A stretch of DNA of 63,891 nucleotides, counting the filler, from Octopus bimaculoides (taxonomy: Eukaryota): NCBI RefSeq assembly GCF_001194135.2. It is 5 parts of 5 records of this genome, joined end to end, with 100 filler letters (N's around TTAATTAATTAA, not from the genome) between each part and the next. Parts side by side here need not be neighbours in the genome. Positions count along the whole stretch, not along the records: positions 1 to 30,598 come from NC_068986.1; 4 more parts are not named here. One strand, given 5' to 3'. The translations under genes and the position numbers were made by a program. Each line of letters opens with the position of its first letter. Position 1 is the stretch's first letter. The notes below the pieces were generated by a model. That model was not told the DNA's origin, did no database searches, and saw only the letters and a list, made by a program, of their open reading frames with translations. Positions 13,071-25,491 of the stretch are shown here, piece by piece.

Positions 13071-13824
13071 NNNNNNNNNNNNNNNNNNNNNNNNNNNNNN
13101 NNNNNNNNNNNNNNNNNNNNNNNNNNNNNNNNNNNNNNNNNNNNNNNNNNNNNNNNNNNNNNNNNNNNNNNNNNNNNNNNNNNNNNNNNNNNNNNNNNNN
13201 NNNNNNNNNNNNNNNNNNNNNNNNNNNNNNNNNNNNNNNNNNNNNNNNNNNNNNNNNNNNNNNNNNNNNNNNNNNNNNNNNNNNNNNNNNNNNNNNNNNN
13301 NNNNNNNNNNNNNNNNNNNNNNNNNNNNNNNNNNNNNNNNNNNNNNNNNNNNNNNNNNNNNNNNNNNNNNNNNNNNNNNNNNNNNNNNNNNNNNNNNNNN
13401 NNNNNNNNNNNNNNNNNNNNNNNNNNNNNNNNNNNNNNNNNNNNNNNNNNNNNNNNNNNNNNNNNNNNNNNNNNNNNNNNNNNNNNNNNNNNNNNNNNNN
13501 NNNNNNNNNNNNNNNNNNNNNNNNNNNNNNNNNNNNNNNNNNNNNNNNNNNNNNNNNNNNNNNNNNNNNNNNNNNNNNNNNNNNNNNNNNNNNNNNNNNN
13601 NNNNNNNNNNNNNNNNNNNNNNNNNNNNNNNNNNNNNNNNNNNNNNNNNNNNNNNNNNNNNNNNNNNNNNNNNNNNNNNNNNNNNNNNNNNNNNNNNNNN
13701 NNNNNNNNNNNNNNNNNNNNNNNNNNNNNNNNNNNNNNNNNNNNNNNNNNNNNNNNNNNNNNNNNNNNNNNNNNNNNNNNNNNNNNNNNNNNNNNNNNNN
13801 NNNNNNNNNNNNNNNNNNNNNNNN

Positions 13825-13868
<44 letters not shown>

Positions 13869-13924
13869 TAACAGAATGAGATAAAAATCCAATGCTGCGA
13901 AAGATTTCAGTACATTTATAAAGA

Positions 13925-13975
13925 GGTCTTACAGCTGTTTCCGGTATATTTTATATATCGCTTCATCGGACACGG
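13925..13975 (-). ncRNA. Degenerate minimal type I hammerhead ribozyme motif (left arm)
   Basis: Minus strand: GTGT-CCGATGA-AGCGATAT-ATAAA-ATATACC-GGAAAC-AGCT-GTA-AGAC. Core CUGAUGA has one substitution; palindromic AGCT loop 3; GUA cleavage triplet. Confidence 0.55.
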
Positions 13976-14206
13976 TGTGAGAAAATGGTTAAGCAATAGT
14001 TATTCTTGATAAGATATAAAGTAGACAGTGCAGTGGAAAAATGAAAATACTATTGGAACTTACTCACAAGGTATACCATTCTGCCTAAATAATGGAACTA
14101 CAGATACAATATCCCTGCATATCTCACGTCTAATTTCATTCCTCCACTTCACTCTCTATTTCATATCTTCTCTAGATTAACTATTGCTTAACCATTTTCT
14201 CACACC

Positions 14207-14256
14207 GTCTCCCTCTGAAGGGATATATAAAATATCCCGGAAACAGATGTAAGACC
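14207..14256 (+). ncRNA. Degenerate minimal type I hammerhead ribozyme motif (right arm)
   Basis: GTCT-CCCTCTGA-AGGGATAT-ATAAA-ATATCCC-GGAAAC-AGAT-GTA-AGAC. Perfect 7-bp stem II and GTCT/AGAC stem I; the core is mutated. Confidence 0.5.
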
Positions 14257-14337
14257 TATTTATGAATGTTCTAAAATCTTTCACAGCCTTGGATTTTTAT
14301 CTCAATCTGTTATTTTTTTTTATATATACACATGCTG

Positions 14338-14435
14338 ATATATGACCTACGTTGGACTCCTCATTCGCATAATCACACGCACAGTATATATGACCTACGT
14401 TGGACTCCTCATTCGCATAATCACACGCACAGTAT
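14338..14435 (+). repeat. Exact 48-bp tandem duplication
   Basis: atatgacctacgttggactcctcattcgcataatcacacgcacagtat occurs twice, at 14340 and 14388. Confidence 0.97.
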
Positions 14436-14519
14436 TAACCTCGCAATTTGAGTTTCCTGCTTCTACGATCTACAGGCTAGAATTGTGAGAAATTGTTTTG
14501 GTGGTAAATTATATTCGAC

Positions 14520-15111
14520 GGTGTTGCGGTGGTCAATTGTTTGCGTCTTGATTGATTTTGCTTATATGATTGCGAATTAAGCGTTAATTTTCTGCCTCGT
14601 CATTGATTAATTTTCTGGTGACGTGGTGCTTATTTTTTCTTATATTTTTCGATGAGAGGATATGTTTTAAAATATTTTGCTGTTTTATTTGCGTAATTTA
14701 TCAGTTAATCTAATTAATGTTTTTTGTATGTTGTTTTTTTCGTAACGCTGTTTGCGTTGGTGATAATTCTGCTTTGGTCAAGATTAAGGAATGTTAATGA
14801 CTTGTTCTTGAGTAAATTTCGATGTAAAACTGATTAAGGACATATTTATTTACTGGAGGAGTTTATGATGTTGTAAATGTTATTTCATGGCTGAGTGTTT
14901 TTTTGCCTTATGTGTTTAGGATTTTGTTTTGTATTTGGTCTATCTTATTGAATTTTCTGTCAAGCTAATTGAAGACTTTTGTTTGAAGTATCATAAGTAT
15001 ATTTGTTTGTGTATGTGTGTTCATGTCCGTTGTGGTCAGGTTTTACTTTTCTTCGTATGTTTAAGTATCTATATAAACATATAAACATAATAAAAATCTG
15101 GTTTAGGAAGA

Positions 15112-15180
<69 letters not shown>

Positions 15181-15350
15181 AAGCTTGAGCGACATTTAGT
15201 AATGTGGTTGGAATTTTCTTTTGGTCATATCGCTGATTGGTGTGGCAGATTGAAGTGATCGCTTTATCCAAATAAAGATACCAATTTGTTTATCATGTGT
15301 TCTTTGAATTGTAGGTCTTTAGATATTTTAGTTTGTGTGCATTCTTTTAT
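14520..15350 (-). mobile_element. Possible highly degraded Penelope-like RT relic
   Basis: Broken minus-strand frames give ISFTSKFTQEQ / LTFLNL...RIIT and QHTKNI, reminiscent of PLE IKFT.E...FLD and thumb motifs. Weak, with many stops. Confidence 0.3.
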
Positions 15351-15361
15351 ACTTTTAATCC

Positions 15362-15759
15362 GTTATTCTTTTACTTGTACTAGTCATTTGACCGCGGCCA
15401 TGCTGGAGTAACGTCTTAAATGATGTTTTTTTTATCGAAGAAATCGAACCCAGGACTTGTTCTTCGTAAGCTTAGTACTTATTCTATCGGTCTCTTTTGC
15501 TGAACCGTTATGTCACAGGGACATAGGTACACTAACATCGGTTGTCAAGCGATGGTGGCGGGACAAAAACAAACACACACACACACACACATATACGACA
15601 AGCTTCTTTCAGTTTCCATCTACTAAATCCACTCACAAGGCTTTTGTCGTCTCGAAGCTATAGTAAAGGACACTTGCACAAGGTACCTCGCACCGAGACT
15701 GAACCCACAACCATGTTTTGGGGGAGCAAGCTTCCTAGTACACAGCTACGCCTGCGCCT
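15362..15759 (-). mobile_element. Full-length, diverged SINE family B with central (CA)n linker
   Basis: Collinear with 37170-37573: tRNA head, ccttgtgcaagtgtcc CORE-like motif, microsatellite, 3' half. Confidence 0.9.
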
Positions 15760-15910
15760 ATGTGTATGTATTTTGGGGAAGGCGTATTATTATGTGATAC
15801 ATCATATATTTTTAAATATAGAATTTTACGAGGTTTTGTTTATTTATGTGAGCACATGTAAATATCTATGTTGTCACCAGAACTGGTTGCGTTCTTTCTT
15901 ATGTTCTGAT

Positions 15911-16479
15911 GTGGAGGCGCAATGGCCCAGTGGTTAGGACAGCGGTTTCGATTCCCAGATCGGGCGTTGTGAGTGTTTATTGAGCAAAAACACCTAAAGC
16001 TCCACGAAGCTCCGGCAAGGGATGGTGGCGAACCCTGCTGTACTCTTTCACCACAACTTTCTCTCACTCTTACTTCCTGTTTCTGTTGTGCCTGTAATTG
16101 AAAGAGTCAGCCTTGTCGCACTGTGTCACGCTGAATATCCCCGAGAACTACGTTAAGGGTACACGTGTCTGTGGAGTGCTCAGCCACTTGCACGTTAATC
16201 TCACGNNNNNNNNNNCGGCAAGGGATGGTGGCGAACCCTGCTGTACTCTTTCACCACAACTTTCTCTCACTCTTACTTCCTGTTTCTGTTGTGCCTGTAA
16301 TTGAAAGAGTCAGCCTTGTCGCACTGTGTCACGCTGAATATCCCCGAGAACTACGTTAAGGGTACACGTGTCTGTGGAGTGCTCAGCCACTTGCACGTTA
16401 ATCTCACGAGCAGGCTGTTCCGTTGATCGGATTAACTGGAACCCTCGACGTCGTAAGCGACGGAGTGCCAACAACAACA
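15911..16479 (+). mobile_element. SINE family A with (AAC)n tail and TSD; contains a 193-bp assembly overlap across a 10-N gap
   Basis: Homologous to 2273-2662. TSD TATGTTCTGAT at 15900-15910 and 16480-16490. Segment 16013-16205 is repeated identically at 16216-16408. Confidence 0.9.
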
Positions 16480-17083
16480 TATGTTCTGATATGTTTTAGT
16501 ACGTTTGATTATGCTTTTCATTAAGGCATTCTTTAAGATGTCTCTATGTCTGTGACCTATAGGAGATGTAAGAGGTGTCTAGTTCGGGGCTTTGCGGTTC
16601 CATTCTTGCAGGTGTTTTTTTCTTTTTTTTGTTTTTTTTTGTTTTGGTGTGTATGTACCTGCAAGTCTAAATATTATCGGGTATGAAGTTCGTATTAATT
16701 TTTGAAGATGAAATTTTTCTTTTTGTTTCTCTTGCGATATGAGGATCTCATTGCTGCTACTTAGTGAAGGTGTGTGTTTCGTGTCTTACGATATTTTTCA
16801 ATGGTGCATAATTGACAGCCTCTGGAGGCCTTTTGGTGCGCAGTCTATTGTTTCTCATTTTATATTTACTATTTGCCGTTTCCTGTTAAATCGCAGATGT
16901 CATTAGGCAGAGAATCTTACATACACCAACACTCATTTACTCCTTCAAATACACACACACACACACACACACACATTTGTTTGTGTGCATGTGCGAATGG
17001 CGTTTCTGCGTGCATGTGTAATTTTCTCCCTCTCTATATATACCTATACGCACACATATGCACACACGCAAACACATGCTCAT

Positions 17084-17129
<46 letters not shown>

Positions 17130-17834
17130 NNNNNNNNNNNNNNNNNNNNNNNNNNNNNNNNNNNNNNNNNNNNNNNACATATATATATATATATATATAT
17201 ATATATTTCTTCGAAACGCCGGAGTTTTAATGGTGGCAGCTGATGAAGGGGATGTTTCTATGTGGCCTGCTTGTTTGTTGCACCTTGTTTACCATTTTGT
17301 CCTTGTTCTTTTGCCACGTCATGTACCCAGTTATGTATCTATATGTACATGTAGATGAACGTATATACATACATGTACATATATATATATACATATACTC
17401 ATATATTGTTTATATATATATATATATATACATACATATATGCTATGTATATATATTTCAATCACTACTTCTACACCTGCATACATATATACACGAAAAT
17501 ACATACGTACGTACATACATACATACATACATACATACATACATACATACATACATACATGCATACATACTTACATACATTATAATTTAGAATGAAGTTC
17601 TGTCAATAGATTCAACTGTTTACATAAGATTGGACAAAGTTGCTTCTGACTGAAAAACAGAATGTCTTCTATGCCGCATCTCAGCTTTTGTCAGCTGGGA
17701 AATAGCCACGCTCTTTCACTGGACTCGTCTGTTGACACATCAGACAAAAAAGTCATAATGTGGCATGAATTTATATGCTTACCAAAACATTATAATTCTT
17801 GCTTTGGAACACTTCAGAAAATTACATCAGGGCT

Positions 17835-17883
17835 GCCGCTGCTGCTGCTGCTGCTTCTTCTTCTTCTTCTTCTTCTTCTTCTT

Positions 17884-17966
<83 letters not shown>
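17835..17966. repeat. Compound (GCT)n-(CTT)n-(ATT)n microsatellite
   Basis: Direct. Confidence 0.97.
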
Positions 17967-18010
17967 TAATTGTCAACATCATCATCACCATCATCTTCAC
18001 TATTATTATA

Positions 18011-18142
18011 TCATCCTCTCGGAGTCGATAAAAATTAAGTACCAGTAAAACACTGGGGTTTGGAGACGCGTGGCTTAGTGGTTAGGGTGTCAGCATAATG
18101 ATCGTAAGATTGTGGTTTCGATTCCTGGACCGGGCGACGCGT
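18011..18142 (+). mobile_element. Fused SINE fragments: Nin/Deu-domain piece (18011-18060) plus family C tRNA head (18061-18142)
   Basis: tcatcctctcggagtcgataaaaattaagtaccagt..cactgggg matches the Nin-type body. tggagacgcgtggcttagtggttagggtgtcagcat..gtttcgattcctggaccgggcgacgcgtt closely matches the start of the 52715 copy. Confidence 0.8.
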
Positions 18143-19010
18143 TTTTGAGACTACTTGATTTCTAAGGATGTTTGCATTGTGTTTTTTTGTTTTTGGTACA
18201 TAAGTCATAGTCTTGGGGGAGCATGGATGAACCCTTCGTTTCATCTTTTAACTCTGGGCTTTTACAACCACTGATTAATTTGTGGTTGGTCGTGCAGAGA
18301 TTTTGTTGTCATTTACTTTCAAAGTTTTAAGGTCCTCAGACTCTTTAATTCTGTAGATTTTGGCTACCTTAGTTGAAGTTAGCTCCTTTTGCAATTTCTA
18401 TCTTATTTGATTCTTAGTTTTCTTCTGTATTTCTCTACCTGTTTTGTTTCAGAATGCTGTCCATTCTTGTTTTCGTAGTAGTTAACGATGTCATTATTCA
18501 GTCTCCGGTTATGTTTAATTATGTTTGCGGGCCAATCGTGGCTAATTCATATAGGACGAGTCCTCTTTCACCTTATTTTCCTTGAAAATAGAGATAGCTA
18601 TGGTTTGCCTTAAAGTGAGGTATTTTGCTGGTAGTGAGAAGTTTAAACGTTCTTCCGAACAGTCTCATGGTCAGATAGATTCGAGATCATGACACCGAAA
18701 CCATATTGTCCTCAGATGTAGCTAAAGTGTTGGTAACTTTGTCACAATTTTTAGAGCTAAGCTCAGTTTTTAGGACTAGCCTTACTATTCAGTCTTTTTC
18801 CATCTTTTTCTTCATTTGAGCAAGTTAGATTCTGTCGTCTTTGTTTATGCCCAAATATTTATGAGTGCTTCTTGTATAACGATGTCTAGGTCAAATCTGA
18901 TGGATGATGTTGTGAGTGAGATTTCCCCTCTTATCAAGTTCAAATTCCTTTCTTATATCATTGCTAAACTGCGTTAGTATTGCTCAAAAATTCTCCTAAC
19001 TCCTGATCAT
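18143..19010 (-). mobile_element. Older, heavily degraded R4/Dong-clade non-LTR relic (end of RT, thumb and post-RT region)
   Basis: Broken minus-strand frames give HKYLGIN...MKKKM...IVRLVLKTELSSKN...NTLA, RK*GERGL, QWL..SPELKDET.G (compare WMKSSGLKAETEG at about 9270) and ANILRNQVVSK. Confidence 0.75.
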
Positions 19011-19902
19011 TCTTAGTAAATAGTTTCTTGTCACACATGATGAATGAGTGACTGAATTTTCTGATAATTTATGTTTGTTAGCTTGTATTCATACCATCCA
19101 TATCTTGTGTTTTTCAGTTTACTAAAACGTGGTAAAAGTGCTATACAGAAAAAAGAAAGGCGAAAGAAACTCATCTGATTGTTCATCTTTGCATAACTCC
19201 GGTAGTTTGGTTTATAAAGAGAGATGCTGTCCACTTTGTCATACCACGTCGAAGAAACTTAGAAATTACACCCACATGTGAGCGCGCACAGGCGCACTTA
19301 TACATGCATATCCGACTTGCTCCATCACAGAAACTTCCCTCACATAAATTCATCTCCCGAATTTTCTTCACAAGGGTTGCATGAACCCATAATGGAATAC
19401 AACACTCTTACACAAGATGCCACAGAATGAAACAAATAGGAAATCATACGATTGCAGGGACGTCTGTTTAACTAGGCCCATTCCGAAATACACTTGGTGT
19501 GTTCGAATGTATGCATACGTAGATACGTCAACGTGCGTGTGCGCGTATACACACACACACATACGAGTGTATGAATTTTATGTCAGATTGTGTATTTGCG
19601 GCAACATCTAGACGTCTATATATGTATACGAACTTTCTGTCTAATGCACATGTATATGTATTCGACTGTGGGAGTGTATTCAAATATGTATATGTATGAT
19701 TGTATGTATGCCTCTGTGTGTGTATACACACACGTACACACACACAAATGCACATACACACACGCACACGCATATATATATATATATATATATATANNNN
19801 NNNNNNNNNNTATATACATTTATAAACTTGTGTGTTCTGCAATGAGAACGTGGTTTGGAAACTGCGTTTGAACGTGCTTTTAAAGAAAATAAACTTCAGG
19901 TA

Positions 19903-19946
<44 letters not shown>

Positions 19947-20155
19947 AACGGAGAGAAGTATATACATATATGTACATATCAGTACAGATATGTACATATG
20001 TATTTGTATATATATGTATATATACATAGGCAAATGTGCATATACACTTCTGAATACCTATTTCCGCACATGTGTCTGTATATATATTCTACATACCTAT
20101 GTATGTACCTGTATGTACGAAACTGGCTTATGTATGTATATATCTATATATATAT

Positions 20156-20207
<52 letters not shown>

Positions 20208-20321
20208 TTCGTGTGCGTGTCGGTATAGGTGTCTTTCTGTGTGTAAGCGTGTGTCTGTGAATATATATGTAAATATGTGTGTATGATTGGATGTATGAGC
20301 TTGTTCTTGATGTTGTTGTTG

Positions 20322-20353
<32 letters not shown>

Positions 20354-20489
20354 GGTGAACTTGTTATTGAGTTGTGAGTGTCTGCGTAGTCTTTCTAAGA
20401 ATAAATATTGATGCAGATAATTGCATTTGAAGTTCGCAATTGTTTAGAGTAAACAGATTGTCTGCTTGGAACTTGTTGAAGAGTCACAG

Positions 20490-21043
20490 ACACAACACCA
20501 ACAACAATAACAACAATAACAACAAAATCAACAATCACTGCAGCAGCAAAACCGACAACAATAACAAAAACAACTACTACTGCTGCTCTATTCCACATCC
20601 TTCTCTTTCCCCTCCTCCTTCCCTTCATCCTTCTCTTCCTCTTCCTTTATTCCTCCTCCTCTACCACTTCCTCCTTTTCCACCACCACCACCACCACTAC
20701 CACCACCACCACCACCACAACCATCACGCAACTTCCTCCTCCTCCTCCTCCACTTCCTCCTCCACTTCCTCCTCCACTTCATCCTCCACTTCATCCTCCA
20801 CTTCCTCCCCCACTTCCTCCTCCACNNNNNNNNNNNNNNNNNNNNNNNNNNNNNNNNNNNNNNNNNNNNNNNNNNNNNNNNNNNNNNNNNNNNNNNNNNN
20901 NNNNNNNNNNNNNNNNNNNNNNNNNNNNNNNNNNNNNNNNNNNNNNNNNNNNNNNNNNNNNNNNNNNNNNNNNNNNNNNNNNNNNNNNNNNNNNNNNNNN
21001 NNNNNNNNNNNNNNNNNNNNNNNNNNNNNNNNNNNNNNNTTTT

Positions 21044-21127
<84 letters not shown>
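20490..21127. repeat. Compound trinucleotide tract (CAA, CCT, CCA, a 12-bp cctccacttc(a/c)t unit, ACT) spanning a gap
   Basis: Direct. Confidence 0.93.
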
Positions 21128-21319
21128 TAACCAGCCTATGTAACAATTAGACAAAAGAAGGCAGCACAACGTTGGAAAATGGGGCTGCTAGAAATAGCAG
21201 CCTCATATCTCTGAACTTAAACGTTACTGTGGTTTCAAGAAGACAGAAATACAGTAAATTATCTTTTTCAGAGTTAGGATACCTTTGATCATAAATCTGT
21301 CAGCAAGGGGTGGCGTGGC

Positions 21320-21628
21320 TTTTCCTATAGCCCAAGACCGACCAAATATTTGTGATTGGATTTGGATGACGGAAACGAAAAGAAGCCAGACATATATACT
21401 TATGCTCCGTGTGTGGGACTTTGTGTATGTGTTTCTTCCCCACCATCGCCTGACAACTGGTGTTGATCTATGTACGTCCTCGTAACTTAACAGTTCGACA
21501 AACGAGACCGATAAAATAGGTACCAAGCTTGAAAATATGTGTATTGTTATTCATTCATTCGACTAAATATTCTTGAAAGGCGCAACAAAATGGCCGCAGT
21601 ACAGTGACTGAAGCAGGTAAAAGATAAA
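21320..21628 (+). mobile_element. Diverged, 5'-truncated SINE family B
   Basis: ctatagcccaagaccgaccaaa..ttgtgattggatttgg..gacggaaac..aagaagcc; ccccaccatcgcctgacaactggtgtt..; gtaactta.cagttcgacaaacgagaccgata; ends gtgactgaagcaggtaaaagataaa. Confidence 0.8.
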
Positions 21629-23105
21629 CATAAAGAAATGATTACAACACATTGTTTCGACGTGAATTCAACTCCTCAGTGATATTTAAAACCGCGATTT
21701 ATCAGCACGATACGAGAACTTCTATTTCTATATTGTAAACAATAAACACAATATTTACTTGTGTGTGTTCTGGGAGATACCAAGTTAGAATTAATTCAGC
21801 ATCAACACACACAAAGTCTACAGTGAGAAATTTATTCTCAAAGACAAAATTCTCATGCCCATGCAATTTTCATTCTATTTTGCTGGAACATGTTAAAAAT
21901 AGATGCACAGATGTGGATGTGCTGTAAAAAGTTTGCCTCGCAGCCACACTGTTCTGGGTTCAGTCCCATGCTATAACAAAAGCTGAGGAGTGGGGGGCTT
22001 CACTCCCAGTGGTCTTCCTGCACGCCAGACACCCACCTGGAATTTCTGAAGGCTCATGTGTTGCTAGATAATCGTTGAACCTATATTAAGTTAATCCGTC
22101 CCTTTGACAGATTTTGTGACCCTGCAACTCGTCCTACCAGGGAAGACCTAGTGTCGGTGTTGGTTTAGTCGTCGACGACCAGTACAGGCACCAAGTATTA
22201 ACAGATTCCATGTTACCAGAGCGCTCTCATGTGTGTTACTAGCAACAAATACACGCGCACTAACACATACGGGCACACAGACTCACATACTCATACACAC
22301 AAATAAACAAACACGCACACACGTATCTTTGTAAATACAGAATATACAGGATGTTCTTAAAACAGCTTTACGGCTTCCACAATTTATTGTATCTATTAAG
22401 GTTGAATTTCATCAACGAAAATAAATATTATTGAAGTTTTAATTTATGTTCTTCGTTGTAATCATGAAACTACTTTCGTTTGTTTTAATGAAGATGAATT
22501 TTTCAAATTGTAAAGGTAATACGCATACATCCTATATACATATTAATATATACATATATTGATACATATACACTCACACATAAATACATACATACATACA
22601 TACATGTATTTATATATATATGAATGAATTCATATATATATATTTATATATATATATANNNNNNNNNNATATATTTGCATACTTGTGTGTGTATGTATAT
22701 TCTAGAACACGCGCTCATTTATGTATACTCACACATAGATAAACGCAATTTCAAATAATTGCAAATGTGTTGTAATGTATGTTTCTTTAACCCTTTTTTA
22801 CACACACAACACACCTACACACCCCAGACTATATTAAATATGTGGTACCCTACAAAATTTCTAATTACACTATAAAATTTAAACTTCTTTGAATACATAA
22901 TTCTTCATATTGATAAATATGGGCAAGGTGCACGTGGAAATTACATTGCCAGGAACTCATAAACACACTCACACACGCATGCAAACACACTCGCACACGC
23001 ACACAGACACACGCACACACGAGTATGCGCATATTCTTTTATGTATATATATATATCATACTGGCGATTAGGGACGTCACTGTAAATAGATATACACAAA
23101 TGCAC

Positions 23106-23184
<79 letters not shown>

Positions 23185-23399
23185 CATATGTGTGTACGTA
23201 TATATATGTATATAGATATAAATATATATGCATACAAATGTGTGTATATATGTATGTATATGCATATATTTTTTGTTTATTTACATATATGTGTTTATGT
23301 GTGTCAGTATTTTAATATACGTACACATAATCATTCATGTGACAGTATAGTGTTTAATACATATAATGTATACATACATACATCATACATATATATATT

Positions 23400-23457
<58 letters not shown>

Positions 23458-23759
23458 TGTATCTGTGCGTGTATATCTGTCTACATCTACATGCGTGTGC
23501 TTGTGTGCTTATGCGTAGGTGCGTGCACGTAAATGTGCATTATTGTTGTTGTTTTGTAGGAAGAAGTGTTAGGTAAGATGAATAAATTAGGTGCTAGTCA
23601 TGAAAAAAAAACATTTATTAATATACACATGAATATATATACTTCCCGAAATATATTATCATTAAAATGTTTTCTTGAGATTTTTGTTTTATGAGCATTT
23701 ATTTCTCGTCGTTCGCTTTCTTTTAGAAATTATCATTATTATTATGATTATTATTATTA

Positions 23760-23824
<65 letters not shown>

Positions 23825-24072
23825 GCTGTTATTATTTTTGATTCGTTGCAATTCTGTCTGAATTTTATTTTCTCAAAATTAACACTTTCTAGAATTATTT
23901 AATAAAGTTTGAGATGTTATATTGCCTTTTATAAAACATGATACGAACATTCTAAATATTTCTAAACAAGCTTGTGAATATGGTAATGACGAAAAGGAGG
24001 TGAAGGGAGAGTCCTGTCATCATCATCATCATCGCTGTCATCGTCGCCATCATAATCATCATCATCATCATC

Positions 24073-24111
<39 letters not shown>

Positions 24112-24667
24112 AAAAGGAAAATAATTATCAAACATTTATTTATCATACAGCACGCAATCGCACACATACAAACTCATGCACCTACTTATATATATATATA
24201 TATACATACATATCTAAATAAAATATATTATGTATATATAATGTATTATATGTGTATATATATATTGTATATGTATGCATTCGATTTGTATTTTCCCATT
24301 TCTCATACAGCATATTGTATTTTAATGTATTAGCCAAATATATTACCATATTAGCATTCGTGTTTGCGTATTTGTCTTTTGCCAAAAATAAAGAGAAAAA
24401 TATTATCATCTTTTACAATTCTTAGTTTGACAAATACATCATGTGGTTTTGTTTCTTCAAATAAGAATTAGGTACATCTTGGCAAACAATCTTTATGAAA
24501 ACTATTCAATATTAGCAATAATTTTCAAGGTTAACAAATGACTTGTGAGAAGGCTTTAACATTGTTACTGGATGATGCCTATATCTATCCTCGTAGGTAA
24601 TCTATCAATTAACTTATAAAATAAAACAAGTTACGTATAATTTTTAGTTGTACCAATTACTGATTGA

Positions 24668-24705
<38 letters not shown>

Positions 24706-25004
24706 AGTTTTTTAACTGCCATTAATCAGGTCGTTTTAATTATTTAAATTTTCAGATAGTTCTACACTTCACAATTGTAAGTGGGTGTTACTGTGATCCT
24801 GTTGCTAAGGAGCTATGTCAGATTTATAACGACCTGTCTGGTAGTCTGTCTATATGCTAAAGTGCCATAGCATTCTCGCCTTGGCATTTTCTAAGATAGG
24901 TGGAGTTTCAAGGGTACCAAGGATCTTCCTTTTGCAGGAAGTGAAATTGAAGAGCACAAATAAGAATCCTTTATGCTATAGACACACGGCGGTCAACTAA
25001 AACA

Positions 25005-25135
25005 TATTTTTCGAGCCCGAAAGGATGAAAGGCAAAGTTGACATCGTCGGAATTCGAACTCAAAAAATAAAGCCGGAAAAATTGGCACTAAGAGTTTTGT
25101 GCGGCATGCTAGCGTTTCTGCCAGTTCACCAGCTT
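25005..25135 (-). mobile_element. Nin/Deu-type tRNA SINE, partial
   Basis: gaaaggatgaaaggcaaagttgacatcgtcggaattcgaactca...gcatgctagcgtttctgccag is homologous to 35125-35231. Confidence 0.8.
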
Positions 25136-25149
25136 CTGTATCGCAAATA

Positions 25150-25491
25150 ATTATAATTATAATGTGCTGAGAGGAATTCTTTGGCGGTTTGAATAATTCA
25201 CCTTTGGAAACATGGGTGTTTTGCTCAACATCCTTAAACAAACCTTATTCAAGGACTTTTTAAGCAAGATGGGCTACTCGACCTGAAGAAAATTCCAACT
25301 GGACCCCACCTGCGAGGTCATGCGCCGTTTATCTTGATATGAGATCACCATGTCGCACACATATGGTTGTGATGCATGTGCCTGGTGTACTCTTATCAAA
25401 CGGGTAGTCATGATGGGTATACTGGGCTTCGTATATTTTACCCCAGTGTCACTTTGATGGCATGCACTGCTTTCTCACTCAATAATAATAA
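25150..25491 (+). mobile_element. Unclassified interspersed repeat ending in an (AAT)n tail, probably a non-LTR/SINE 3' end
   Basis: Compositionally distinct block ending gcatgcactgctttctcactc-aataataataat. It resembles a common octopus repeat from memory; no second copy is present in this window. Confidence 0.45.

Larger units (their letters stand above)
13869..14312. mobile_element. Foldback element: about 180-bp imperfect inverted arms with a roughly 75-bp spacer, probably derived from Penelope-like pseudo-LTRs
   Basis: The left arm taacagaatgagataaaaatccaatgctgcgaaag...gtgtgagaaaatggtt aligns to the reverse complement of the right arm ending ...ggatttttatctcaatctgtta. Each arm carries a degenerate hammerhead-like motif. 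Confidence 0.85.

Noticed and set aside
16013-16408. 193-bp identical direct repeat inside a SINE
   Set aside because: The two copies are identical and separated only by a 10-N gap, which is a typical unmerged contig overlap.
17205-17260. CGAAAC...CTGATGAAGGGG hammerhead-like words (similarly ctgatgaagg at about 55254)
   Set aside because: The order or pairing does not give a three-helix junction, and the upstream part is lost in a gap.
21975-22225. GC-richer block with a 12-bp palindrome GTCGTCGACGAC
   Set aside because: Probably a fragment of an unrecognised repeat. A 12-bp palindrome is not significant in 64 kb, and no ORF or second copy was found.
24756-24776. Possible 21-nt plus-strand microexon (ttttcag|ATAGTTCTACACTTCACAATT|gtaagt)
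   Set aside because: Such signal pairs arise by chance in AT-rich DNA, and the exon-side donor context is weak. It cannot be supported without RNA data.
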